Origin: Octopus sinensis | Lineage: Eukaryota | DNA: 64,000 nt | Assembly (NCBI RefSeq): GCF_006345805.1 | Contig: NC_042997.1 | Span: forward strand, 198,648,001 to 198,712,000 | Direction of reading: 5' to 3' | Part shown: one piece after another, positions 37,893-50,190 of the stretch | Layout: each line of letters opens with the position of its first letter | Position numbering within the stretch: the first letter of the stretch is position 1 | The notes under the pieces: generated by a model | The model's input: the letters and a program-made list of their open reading frames with translations, nothing else | Told to the model about the DNA's origin: nothing | The model's database searches: none | Translations under genes and position numbers: made by a program

Positions 37893-38093
37893 GTTGTTAC
37901 CCCCTTCGGTCATGAATGACCATAGGATTGCACCTAGAGGGTTACCCTCCGAGGCACAAGTCTGGGCAAGGTTGTTTATGGAAGACCAGCAGTGGCCCAT
38001 GCATACCAGCCTCCACTCTCCACGCCACCGATGTTATCCAACGGAAAGGCAAAGGCTGATATAGCTTGGCACCAGTAACGTCGCAGCTCATTT
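37893..38093 (-). mobile_element. SINE family D 3' part
   Basis: Homologous to 6975-7178; abuts the family C tail at 38094. Confidence 0.7.
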
Positions 38094-38557
38094 ATTAACG
38101 TGCAAGTGGCTGAGCACTCCACAGACACGTGTACTCTTAACGTAGTTCTCGGGAAGAATCAGCATGACACAGAGTGTGACAAGGCTGGCTCTTTGAAATA
38201 CAGGTAAAACAGAAACAGGAAGAAGGAGTGAAAGAAAGTTGTGAAGGAGTACTGCCGGAGCCTCATGGAGCTTTAGGTGTTTTCGCTCAATAAACACTCA
38301 CAATGCCCGGTCTGGGAATCGAAACCGCGATCCTACGACCGCGAGTCCGCTGCCCTAATCACTGGGCCATTGCAACAGAAACAAGAAGAAAGAGTGGGAG
38401 ACAGTTGTGGTGAAAGTGTACAGCAGGATTCACAACCACGTGGCGCTTTAGGTGTTTTCGCTCAATAAACACTCACGATGCCCGGTCTGGGAATCGAAAC
38501 CGCGATCCTACGACTGCGAGTCCGCTGCCCTAAACACTGGGCCATTTGCGCCTCCAC
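38094..38557 (-). mobile_element. SINE family C with tandemly duplicated head/body
   Basis: Two heads at about 38557-38373 and 38372-38094. Confidence 0.85.
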
Positions 38558-39191
38558 GCCAAAACGCATTAAGAATGAATAAATGCCTTAGGAATGGTTT
38601 TCTTGCTGTTGTGCGTGTACTTCATGAATTATTACAGAAGATGCTGAGATCGAAATTCACTGGGATAATTTGCAGTTTCTTTCGCCAACACGCGACCGTT
38701 CGTTCACTGTTAACATCTCGAGTGCTTTCTCTGACCAACGCCGGGCATTTCGATAGTGTGTGTATGTGTGTATGACTGGTCAGTTAATCGAACAACAACT
38801 GACAACTGCTATCTCTTCTTTAATCTCTCCGCTAATCCTTGTCAAATTTCGATGTTTCATTATTCTTTATTCTCTCGTACAAGCTACATCCAGCTCACAC
38901 CAATGTCCTTGCGGCCTTCTGCTGCCACTCGTGATGCAAGCACAAATGGTCGAATTTACTTTTGCATGTATTAAGATAACATAGATAACACAGATACACA
39001 CGCATACATACACACACTCATATGTACGAACACACACACACACATACATACGAACACAATTATGCAGAGCAACAACATAGCCCGTGAAAGATATACCACA
39101 TTTCATCTAGAAGCTATATGTCTTTTATTGTGCCTGGGGTGAGTCATTTTCGAGCCTTATTAATTCAACACATTCACCGGTCCGATTTCCA

Positions 39192-39585
39192 CTCTTTTAC
39201 TTGTTTCAATCATTTGACTGTGGCCATGCTGGAGCACCGCCTTTAGTCGAGCAAATCGAACCCAGGACTTATTCTTTGTAAGCCTAGTACTTATTCTATT
39301 GGTGTCTTTTGCTGAACCGCTAAGTTACGGGGACGTAAACACACCAGCATCGGTTGTCAAGCGATATTGAGGGGACAAACACGGACACGCAAACATAGAC
39401 ACACATATACATATATACGACGAGCTTCTTTCAGTTTCCGTCTACCAAATCCACTCACAAGGCTTTGGTCGGCCCGAGGCTATATTAGAAGCCAGTTGCC
39501 CAAGGTGCCACGCTGTGGGACTGAACCTAGAACCACTAGTTTCGCAAGCAAGCTACTTACCACACAGCCACTTTAGCGCCTATGT
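39192..39585 (-). mobile_element. SINE family A
   Basis: Similarity to family A. Confidence 0.9.
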
Positions 39586-40372
39586 ATGAACGAGTTATTT
39601 ATTTTTACTAAAATTTTTGTTGCACCTTGTGACTTTTTCAATAGTCGTTGACTGTTCGTTATCGGACATATTTTATGTCTGGGGAGAGTCATTCTCTTTT
39701 AGTCATCTATGTCTTTGCTGTACAGAAACAAGAGATCATCACAAAAGGCCCGAGAAAATGCCTCTAAATCTGCACATTGTGACGGAAAATGTTGCCTGTG
39801 TCATACCAGTTGTCCAAGAAAGTCTGCAAGGTATTATCTTCTCATGAGACATGACATTGTTGCTTGAATAACTCACAATGCTATTGGCAGAACGGGTTTT
39901 CTCAGTGGTCATATAAAAAGTACACCGGACTCAAAATGAATGTTACTAGTTGAACATTTCAACAAAAACAGTAACCTCACACAAGCCCGGTAAGCTTGAG
40001 AGTGTTCTATATGACTTGGAACAAAAATAATGCCGGTTTGTAGAGGTCAGCTGCTCCGTAGATTACCCCGTCTAACTCTGGTGAATTATTGAGGAACTTT
40101 CAGCTTTTATATCCGAGCTTTAAGTTTCTTTTTGTATCTGCATTGAACAGATTTGCATAACACCCTTTAATAACACATTAAAATGGTTCAATACCTTTTT
40201 AAAGATCGATTATTAAACAGTAATAAATTGTAAAACATTCCAGGGGTGCTATGTTCCGGTTTCATGGAAGAATCACACTATTATACAATTTATTTCATGG
40301 AAGAATCACACTATTATACAATTTATACAACCTCTTAAATATTGGCACGTTAACTCATTCATATATATATAT

Positions 40373-40600
40373 ATTTCTTTACTGCCCACAAGGGGCTAAA
40401 CATAGAGGGGGACAAACAAGGACAGAGAAAGGGATTAAGTCGATTACATCGACCCCAGTGCGAAACTGGTACTTTATTTATCGATCCCGAAAGGTTGAAA
40501 GTCGACTTCGGCGGAATTTGAACTCAGAACGTAACGGCAGATGAAATACCGCTTAGCATTTCGCCCGGCGTGTTAACGTTTCTGCCAGCTCACCGCCTTT
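40373..40600 (-). mobile_element. SINE family B
   Basis: Similarity to family B. Confidence 0.9.
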
Positions 40601-41074
40601 CATTCATATATATACACTAACACACATTAACTCATTCATACATACATATAAAATGAATGTGAGTAGCTGAGCGATGACTAAATTTTGCCTATACGGTTTA
40701 TATTGCGCCCAGCTAGCCACAATAATTTTATACTATACGATTTGTCATTTCGCTAAATCGGCCATTAAATATATATATATATGTCAAATATGTTTACTGA
40801 CAGGGAAAACTGGCTGTTCTATAGAAGCGCTGGAGGCATACAGTTGTCAATTTCCATTAGGATGATACTGTACAGTCAAGTGTTCTAGCTTTGCTTCGTT
40901 CATGGGGCATTTATATACCCTGTCAGTATATATAGATGCGCTTTTACGCGGCTATAAGTGATTAAGCTCTTATTTCTATGTGCTTGAAGTACATAGAGTC
41001 ACAATTAGTGGCGATTAAATTTTGCCAACATATGCATACATAAATACATACAAACATACATACATGAGCAAAAT

Positions 41075-42660
41075 TTAATATAACCCTCAAAAACAACCAA
41101 AGAGCTGCAGAGGAAGCCTGGTGGGTATTAAAAACATCAAGAATAATCCTAAAGTACTTCATTCTTTTGCAAAAGCACATAGGGCCACAGTTTCTACTAT
41201 CGGCCCACTGGTTGACGGAAACGGCATCATTCACAATGATGCCAAAGATATGACTGAGATCCTGCAAAGTCAATACTGCTCTGTTTTCAGTGACCCTGAT
41301 TTAGTTGACTCAAGCAGCTTTGCTTCTGTGAATCCTCAGCATGTCCTTTTCGATATAACCTTCGACGCCACTGATATCCTAGTCATATACCTTGCTTTCA
41401 GCAAAGCCTTCGACAGAGTCGACCACAATATACTGTTAAGGAAACTATCCAATTCTGGATTCGGTGGAAAGCTACTTCAATGGATAAGCATTTCCTAACA
41501 AACAGGACCCAGCATGTTGTGGTTGATGACATCCACTCAACATCAGCAAAAGTCATCAGCGGAGTCCCGCAGGGTACTCTGCTGAGTCCACCTCTTTTTA
41601 TTGTCTATACAAATGACATTGCAGATTCCACTGAACATAGCACCATTAAAATATTTACAGATGCCTCTAACCTCCAGAAAGCCATTAAGGGAACACATGA
41701 TCGAACAATGCTTCAATCGGACTTATGCGCAGTAACCCAGTGGGCACAAAAAAGACAATATGCAGCTGAACGAAGTTAACTTTGAGTTCATCCACTTAGG
41801 AAAAGCGGGCACACTCAAACAACCATATACACTACCGTCAGGAGACCTACTTGAACCGTTGGATAATATCAGAGACTTAGTTGGTACTGTCGACAGCATC
41901 CACAGCTGGAGGGTGCACATCAACAAAAAAGTCGATGTTGCCCGCAGAATGTGCTCATGGATCCTCAGAACTTTACAATCTAGGGTTCATGAAACCATCA
42001 TCCTTCTCTTCTCCATATTCGCTAGGCCCCACTCGAGTACTGCTGCCCATTGTGGTCACCCTACAAAAAACAAGACAATGAGGATCGAAGTGTCACAAAG
42101 ATCGATCACTAAAAAATAAATGGCATGACAGGAATTGATTATTGGGCTCGACATAAACAGCTGAAACACCATTTTCTTCAACACCACCGTGAGCTATACA
42201 GCATTTGCACCATGTGGAGAATATTCCTTGAACATTATCCAAATGATATCGGTATTATGTCTACAATTCACCCAAGACTAGGCCCCCGTGCAATGCGTCC
42301 CCTACAAAGGGCGGGGGTCACATCACATAAGAACATTGTGACACAATTTCTTCGCTGCAAATGGTCCCCCACTTTTCAATGTTATCCAGAAAGAAATTAA
42401 AGTAGGAAAAGACCCCACAACTTTTCAAAGGATACCTGGACAAATTCCTCCAGGAAATACCGGATAAACCACCTACACCTGGATACGTCTCAGTCAACAA
42501 TAACTCTCCGCTTGAGTGGTCCATAGTGTCCAGGAATAATTAATTAAAAGACTCTTCCAGGTGATTCTATTGAGTTAGTCGTGGCCTGGGCCGTTAATGG
42601 CCGAAACCAATCTAAATTATCCTAGTTATATATATTCATTTTCGTGGCGGTACATTACTA
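41075..42660 (+). mobile_element. 5'-truncated, internally deleted CR1/L2-group LINE (RT pseudogene + 3' UTR)
   Basis: IKNNPKVLHSF, YLAFSKAFDRVDH, SGVPQGTLLSPPLFIVYTND, KIFTDAS (degenerate FADD), IPDKPP; several frameshifts. Confidence 0.9.
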
Positions 42661-42680
42661 CTACAAAAAGGTTGTATGTA

Positions 42681-43578
42681 CGAGAGGGTACCCAAAAGAA
42701 ATCAGAATTTTGCAATATTTTATTCACTTAGTTTTATGCTTACACTTTTATCACCTTATGAGTATTCTTCATTTGAAGCAATGAATCCGTCCAGATGCGT
42801 TTTCCATTGTTCGAAGCAGTCCCGGAACTCTTGCGAAGTGTTGCCTATTAACGCCCCCGTCGTTTTAACCTTCACCTCTTCCGCATCTGCAAATTTCGTA
42901 GTACGAAATGAGCTTTTATGACCAGTGATGACCCTCTAAGAAGGTCCAGATCAACTTTCAACTGTTCTTTCAGTTCACAACACGCATTCAACCGTGACTG
43001 CTTTTGATCTTCAGTGAGCAAGCGACGCACAATTTTTGCTGCAACTCTTTTCATTCGCAATTCCTCGATCAAAATTCTTTGGTAGCAACTCCAGGACACA
43101 CCAGTCATATCAAGTTTGTCAATTGTTCGGCGACGGTCCTCCACGACCAGTTCATGATGTTTCATGTTGTTGTCATTCGTTCAAAAGGCCGACGGTCGCC
43201 CTGGACGAGGTTGGTCTTCAAGCGATAAGTGACCATTTCTAAAGCATGAAAACCACACGTAAACTTGTGTTTTGCTCATGGCAGCGTCCTTGTAAGCTGT
43301 TTGAAACATGACAACTGTTTCAGTCGCTGTTTTCCCTAGCAGAAAACAGAATTTCACGGAAGCCTGTTGTTCCTTCGTTTCATCCATCGCAAAAATCGAC
43401 GAACAGAAGAGAAGCACAGCGAAACAAAGACGCACCACGTTGCAGTACGTCTCCACCAGAGGACGCCGGTCGGCAGACTGATGCCTGAGAATTGCATCAA
43501 GTGGCTTCTAACGGCGAAAGCCTGAACTACAAGGGCTCGTCCAAGAGGAAATATCACCAGTTACTTCTGTGTAACTCG
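42681..43578 (-). mobile_element. Internally deleted mariner transposon
   Basis: TA|CGAG termini with degenerate TIRs; MDETKEQQASVKFCF...WFSCFRNG...PGRPS; central DDD region missing. Confidence 0.8.
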
Positions 43579-43829
43579 TAAGAGTAACATTTTATCACTG
43601 TACAAGTTTCTCAAAAACCCGGTGACACATTTCGAATCCTAGAATTGCATTCATGCGCACGCATACACATATACATGCATAATATATTATAATTTACTTA
43701 TAAGAGTTTTCATACTCAGAGATAGTTTGACAGCCAAGACTAGAAGAAAAAAAACCAGCCTCTGATGTAAGTGATTTCATGTCAGGAGACTACGGAATAC
43801 ACTGCCGCGTTCCACATACATACACGTAT

Positions 43830-44293
43830 ATATGTTTGCATGCATGTACGTATGTATGCATGCATATATACATACATACATATATACATACATACATATA
43901 TACATACATACATATATACATACATACATATATACATACATACATATATACATACATACATATATATATACATACATATATATATACATACATATATATA
44001 TACATACATATATATATACATACATACATACATATATACATACATACATACATATATACATACATACATACATATATACATACATACATATATACATACA
44101 TACATATATATATACACACATACATATATATATACACACATACATATATATATACACACATACATATATATACACCACATACATATTATATACACACATA
44201 CATATATATACACACATACATATATATATACACATACATATATATATACACACATACATATATATATACACCATACATATATATATACACACA

Positions 44294-44326
<33 letters not shown>

Positions 44327-44348
44327 CACACACACATACATACATACA

Positions 44349-44384
<36 letters not shown>

Positions 44385-44385
44385 G
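43830..44385. repeat. (CATA)n/(TA)n/(CA)n compound microsatellite
   Basis: Direct reading. Confidence 0.95.
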
Positions 44386-44389
44386 TTAA

Positions 44390-44570
44390 TCCAACCATGA
44401 AAACACAAAGAGAAAACACAACAACGCGAGGACGTGGAACAAGTATAGTGTTTTTGGACCCCCAGGAAAGGAAAGAAAGAAGGATATAACGTTTCGAGCG
44501 GAGCTCTTCGTCAGAAACATAAGGAAAGATCCAAAGAAGGGAAGACGGAGGGAAAAATTCGCCAACGATA
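44390..44570 (-). mobile_element. Penelope-like terminal repeat with minimal hammerhead motif
   Basis: CUGACGA-A-GAGC-UCC-GCUC-GAAA-CGU-U at 44488-44514; stem I imperfect. Confidence 0.6.
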
Positions 44571-45265
44571 CACACACACACACACACACTCATATGCACA
44601 CATACGAAACTGTATACATAGACACATACCTGTGTCAGTGTTTAAATATGTATGCATGTATTTGTATAAATCTAAATGTGTATATTTAACTTAATTTAGA
44701 AGCATCGAAGATATGAAAATAAGACTCACTGACAAGGTATCTTGAATACAAATGTAATTGTGAATCATAGCACAAGACATCAGGTGAAACACCTAACTCG
44801 TAACTCATGTCTCCGACTATTATTTTCCTTCTGTTTGCATAGGTGTATGTATGTATCAGAGTGTGTTGCGTGTATCTCTACATGCCTGAAAACACACACA
44901 CACACACACACACTACTTTTTATATGGTTAAATGTCTCGGCTGCCGAAGATAGGACAGTTGCAGTGCACGTGACCTCCATTAAGATAAAAACACGAGACC
45001 ACAGATGTATCTTCATTTTCAGGCAATCCGACTGTCTTTTTCATTAGTAGCCGGTTAGTTTTGGATAATTCTTGACATTATTTTCTTTTCATTTAGGATT
45101 GGTACAAACTACCACCAGGGAATTGAGCTAATAATCTCTCAGAAAACGGAGATAATTTCAATAAATCAGGAATTTATATTGTATGTTAACTATATATACT
45201 GTCCTCTGTATTTGTTGTTCAAATACATGTCATGAACCCTCTGAATTATTCTCTAATAAATAAAT

Positions 45266-45297
<32 letters not shown>

Positions 45298-45577
45298 ATT
45301 TCAACAATGAGGGTAAAATTAATTAAAATCAATTTCACCAAGTGTTCAGTATGCAAAGGGACCATTTAAGGCGAATTCAAATTATTACATTATATAAAAG
45401 GGCTTAGTAAAATAAATTACTTTGCCGCATACTGAACTCATTAGAAATAGCAGCTAAAAAACTTTTTTAAAACTATTTCTAATACTTAAAGAAAACCTCT
45501 CTCATATAGTGTTTGCTCAATTCAACTCACGGAAGTTGGGGGGTAGAGACATTAAAAAATCAAATGCAAAGGTTATT

Positions 45578-45630
45578 TGAGAACGTACGTTTCAAGATTA
45601 GTCAAACTCGACATTTCTATCATCAGCTCA
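45578..45630 (-). ncRNA. Type I hammerhead ribozyme motif (partly decayed stem II)
   Basis: UGAG-CUGAUGA-(26 nt)-GAAA-CGUACG-UU-CUCA; helix III ACGUACGU. Confidence 0.7.
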
Positions 45631-45790
45631 GAACTATATATATATATATATAATATACTTTATTTTAAGCAGCAGAAATTCAACAGATTTTGTTGAATTT
45701 TCTGCTGCTTAAAATAAAGCATATTACTCTACCACTGGTATTTGAGTACTCTTTTTTCCACCTTGTTTCACATTTATGTGTTTACTCCGG

Positions 45791-45824
<34 letters not shown>

Positions 45825-45854
45825 ATATATATAGTGTGTGTGTGTGTGTGTGTA

Positions 45855-46209
45855 CTCTTTTACTTGTTTCAGTCATTTGACTCTGGCCATGCTTGAGCAC
45901 CGACTTTAGTTGAGCAAATCGACCCCAGGACTTATTCTTTGTAAGCCTAGTACTTATTCTATCGGTATCTTTTGCCGAACCGCTAAGTTATGGGGACGTA
46001 AGCACACCAGTATCGGTTGTCAAGCGATGTTGGACAAACAGACGCACAAACATACACACACACACATATACATGTATATATACATATATGCGACGGGCTT
46101 TTTTCAGTTTCCATCTACCAAATCCACTGACAAGGCTTTGGTCGGCCCGAGGCTATAGTAGAAGACACTTGCCCAAGGTGCCACGCAGTGGGACTGAACC
46201 CGGAACCTG
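45855..46209 (-). mobile_element. SINE family A, head cut at the mariner boundary
   Basis: Similarity to family A ends at about 46209. Confidence 0.85.
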
Positions 46210-46217
46210 TCGTATAC

Positions 46218-47072
46218 ACGAAGTACCTTCAAAAGGTATCTACCTTTATATTTTCTCGCCAAAACTAATCTCGCGTGGGCAAAATCCTCTGGGTGAGAGC
46301 TGACTCCACCTTACCTACACCAGTAAGCCGCTTCAGCTCTAGGCTGTTACGCCTCGAGTACAGACGTAGAATGGTGCGCTCGTCGGATTTCTGGTTTCAT
46401 GCAAGGTGAGCGAACGCATCGAGCAGAGACCATAAAACCATGTCTCATTATCAGTCACAAAGTTTGGGTCAGGGTCGAGATTTGCACAGTTCAGTATATC
46501 CTGAGCGATTTCTGCATGCACAAATCCTCCGTTAAAATGGAATACACTAATTCGGTGCATATTCCCACTTCGTGAGTAATTTCTGGGATTGTTACACTCT
46601 TGCATCACTATTCGCCAATCTTCCATTGACTTACATGACTATTCGCCGAGCCTTCTCAATCAGCTCCTCGTTTTGGCTCGTGGATGGCCCTTCTGAACGT
46701 GACTCTTTCTCCACTGAGATGCGGCCATGTTTGAAGCGGTTGAACCACTTTTGATCTGTTCTAGCCCATGGCACCATCGCCAAATACCTACTGAATCTTC
46801 TGGATTCTTTGAGTCTATCACCAAGCATTTAACAAAAACATAGATACACTATTTCTGCTCGGTGTGTTCGGTAAAAACGGAAATCCGAGGAGCGCGCACT
46901 CCATATATTTACTCTAGGCGTTACAGCTGGGAACTGACGTGGCTTATAGGCGCAGAACTTTTTACGCATGCATAGGAAGGGTAGCGTCACATCCCACCCC
47001 AGGGATTTTGCTCATGCAGGCATTAGTTTTGGTGTGAAAAAACAAAGTCAGATACTTTTTGAACGCACCTCG
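46218..47072 (-). mobile_element. Internally deleted mariner transposon
   Basis: TIR (TA)CGAGGTGCGTTCAAAAAGTATCT at 47072 and degenerate partner at 46218; KWFNRFKHGRISVE...GPSTS, FVTDNETWFY. Confidence 0.85.
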
Positions 47073-47135
47073 TATGTATGTATGTATGTATGTATGTGCG
47101 CGCGCGCGCGAGTATAAGCCTCTGTGTGTGTGTGC

Positions 47136-47188
<53 letters not shown>

Positions 47189-47418
47189 TGTGTTTGGGTT
47201 TTTTTCTCACCACCACTTGAGAACTGCTGTTAGTATGTTTATGTACACGTAACATAGCGGTTCGACAAGAAAGACCGGTAGAATAAGTACCAAGCTTAGC
47301 AATAAGTACTGTAATTAATCTCATTCGACCAAACATTCTTCAAGGTGGCGCCGCAGCATAGCCGCAGTCTAGTGACCGAAAGAAGTAAACGAATATATAT
47401 AGTTGTAAATATGTATAT

Positions 47419-47452
<34 letters not shown>

Positions 47453-47581
47453 CGCTCATACATATATATATTATCAGGAATAAACTCCTGCGATGTTGAA
47501 ATTCCAATGAAGGAGCCTTGGATCTAGGTTAGAAACCGGTTCTTTGGCAAGAAATTTTGAATTAAACTGAATAATGGTATG

Positions 47582-47615
<34 letters not shown>

Positions 47616-47698
47616 TAATTGTTAAACAGAACGTCAAACATTACGTCAGGGAAAACATATCAAGTCATATACAATATTATTACAGGAAAAAATCCCAA

Positions 47699-47754
47699 AG
47701 CTTACAGCTGTTTCTGGGATATCCCCGAGTATGGGATATTCTGTCATCAGAGAC
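47699..47754 (-). ncRNA. Type I hammerhead ribozyme motif
   Basis: GUCU-CUGAUGA-CAGAAUAUCCC-AUACUCG-GGGAUAUCCCA-GAAA-CAGCUG-UA-AGCU; GUA site. Confidence 0.7.
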
Positions 47755-48085
47755 AAATTGGAGAAAAAGTATGGAAAATGAGACGTTTACCTTGCCTTAA
47801 TGTTTGACATCCTGTTTAACAATTATCTATCCGCTGCATCGGAAATCTGCAATGGCTCCATAACTACCATCTCGGCTATAACCTTGGAGCTCTAGTAATC
47901 TATTACAGCACTTACCTAGCGTACCTAATCGTTTAGATCACCTGTGAACTAAACCACCCCATACTTTGTACATAGACACACATACACACACACACGTATG
48001 TATGTATGTATGTATGTATGTATGTATGTATGTATGTATGTATGTATGTATGTATGTATGTATGTATGTATGTATCATATATCTG

Positions 48086-48316
48086 TTTCTTTATTGCCCA
48101 CAAGGGGCTAAACATAGAGGGGACAAACAAGGACAAACAAATGGATTAAGTCGATTACATCGACCCCAGTGCGTAACTGGTACTTAATTTATCGACCCCG
48201 AAAGGATGAAAGGCAAAGTCGACCTCGGCGGAATTTGAACTCAGAACGCAACGACAGACGCAATACCGCTAAGCATTTCGCCCGGCGTGCTAACGTTTCT
48301 GCCAGCTCGCCGCCTT
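48086..48316 (-). mobile_element. SINE family B
   Basis: Near-consensus copy. Confidence 0.9.
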
Positions 48317-48714
48317 GTATTATCATATATCACTACGGCATCTGACGTCGTGGCTGTAGGTAAATATTTTGACCCAGCAATCTTAATTGATGCGCACGCG
48401 GTAATGGTAGTGATTATGTCTCATGAGAGAGATATATATGCAATATAACCAACTGAAAATGATGTATAAAGAAACGTTTTCTGCAAGATGTTGATTTCAT
48501 TTCGGTTACGATTTTATGATATATTTTTGATTCGTTATTATGAGTAAACTGCTGCAACGTTGCGTATGATAATGATTAATACCTTTGGAAGAAACATTTA
48601 GAAGATAAAGTTCAACCAACTTCAAGTAAATAGATTCTTGTTTATATTTTTCTGGTTTTGAATGAGAGTTGAGCACCATCTCGGGAATAGAGAAATAAAC
48701 AAGAATAAGTCATC

Positions 48715-48895
48715 AAAGACAAGAAGAAGAAGAAGAGGAGGGGAAGGAAGAAAAAGAAGAACAACAGGAAGAAAAAAACGAAGAACAAGAAGAAAGAGAA
48801 CAACAACAACAAGAAAACGAAGAAGGACAAGAAGAAAAAGAAGAAGGGAGAAGAAGAAAAGGAAGAACAAGAAGAACAAGATGATGATGATGATC
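48715..48895. repeat. Degenerate (AAG)n/(AAC)n/(GAT)n purine-rich tract
   Basis: Direct reading. Confidence 0.9.
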
Positions 48896-49330
48896 TAGAC
48901 CTGAGAGAAAAGTTGCCATAATTATGTTGAAACTTTTATGAAATGTAATAAAATAAATAACTTCACCTTTCATCAAATGAAAATTGAAAGAGAAAATCGC
49001 GATGATGTTTGGAAATGGCAATTGATAACTCTGAAACGAGAATTAATAGCTGATATCTTTGAAAGAAGAACTGAAAAACGATATCTCAGACAAAGAGAAT
49101 TAAATGCTGATATCTATGAAACAAGAATTAAAAGCTGGAGATGGCTGAAAGATAAATAATCAATATAATACTAGACCAATACCAAAAAGTTAGTGAACAG
49201 GGTAATGAAAGTGCAGCAAATTGAAGCCTAAGAGTTCCATCCCAAGAGAAGGAAAATAACACCACATCCTTGAGGGGAATATAGACTGGAAAGCTATTTG
49301 AACGAGAGGTTGATTAACTCTTTTACATAT

Positions 49331-49565
49331 CTATTTCTTTACTACCCACAAGGGGTTATACACAGAAGGGACAAACAAGGACAGGCAAACGGATTTAGTC
49401 GATTACATCTTCCCCAGTGTGTAACTGGTACTTAATTTATCGACCCCGAAAGGATGAAAGGCAAAGTCAACCTCGGCGGAATTTGAACTCAGAGCGTAAC
49501 GGCAGACGAAATACTGCTGAGCATTTCGCCCGGCGTGCTAACGTTTCTGCCAGCTCGCCGCCTTA
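49331..49565 (-). mobile_element. SINE family B
   Basis: Similarity to family B. Confidence 0.9.
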
Positions 49566-49599
49566 TAGCCTTATAACTGTTTTACATACCATCATGTGA

Positions 49600-49835
49600 T
49601 GCACTTGAACATATTATCAGTGATGTTTCCTGGGGTCATTAGGTGTTTGGGGTCTCTCAATAATCAGATACCTTCACCTGGATGAAATAGCCTGAGATGA
49701 TCAAGCCCTGGTTTTTATCCAATTAGAACTACCCCAGGTAGCACTACTCCTTCAAGGACTGGCACCTTTTGATTTACAGCCACCTTCAGACAATCTCTGC
49801 TGCCTCCACCGCCAAGCATGTTATAAGTTTTGCAG
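49600..49835 (-). mobile_element. 3' end of an RLE-type (HERO-like) non-LTR retrotransposon
   Basis: Minus-strand peptide AVEAAEIV*RWL*IK (like EAAEKASRWLWLK) and 3' UTR GAGAGACCCCAAACACCTAATGACCCCAGGAAACATCACTGAT; assignment from recalled resemblance. Confidence 0.55.
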
Positions 49836-49881
49836 AGGAACTGGTCTGCAAACCTACTTAGTTCAGATCAAACCTTGCTTA

Positions 49882-50190
49882 GTGGAGGCACATAGCCTAG
49901 TGGTTAGAGCAGCGGACTCGCCGTCGAGAGATCGCGGGTTCGAATCTCAGACCGGGCGATGTGTGTGTTTACGAGCGAAACACCTAAGCTCCACGCGGCT
50001 CCGGCAGAAGGTAATGGCGAACTTCTGCTGACTTTTTCGCCACAACTTTCTCTCACTCTTTCTTCCTGCATATTGCAGCTCACCTGCGACGGACCGGCGT
50101 CCCGTTCAATTGGGGAACCTATACGCCAAGGAAACCGGGAAACCGGCCCTTATGAGCCAGACATGGCTCGAGAAGGAACAAACACCTTGC
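49882..50190 (+). mobile_element. SINE family C head/body with V-SINE-like tail
   Basis: Same architecture as 78-390. Confidence 0.8.

Noticed and set aside
48622-49021. Protamine-like Arg/Lys-rich ORF and antisense hydrophobic ORFs
   Set aside because: Translation of an (AAG)n/(AAC)n tract
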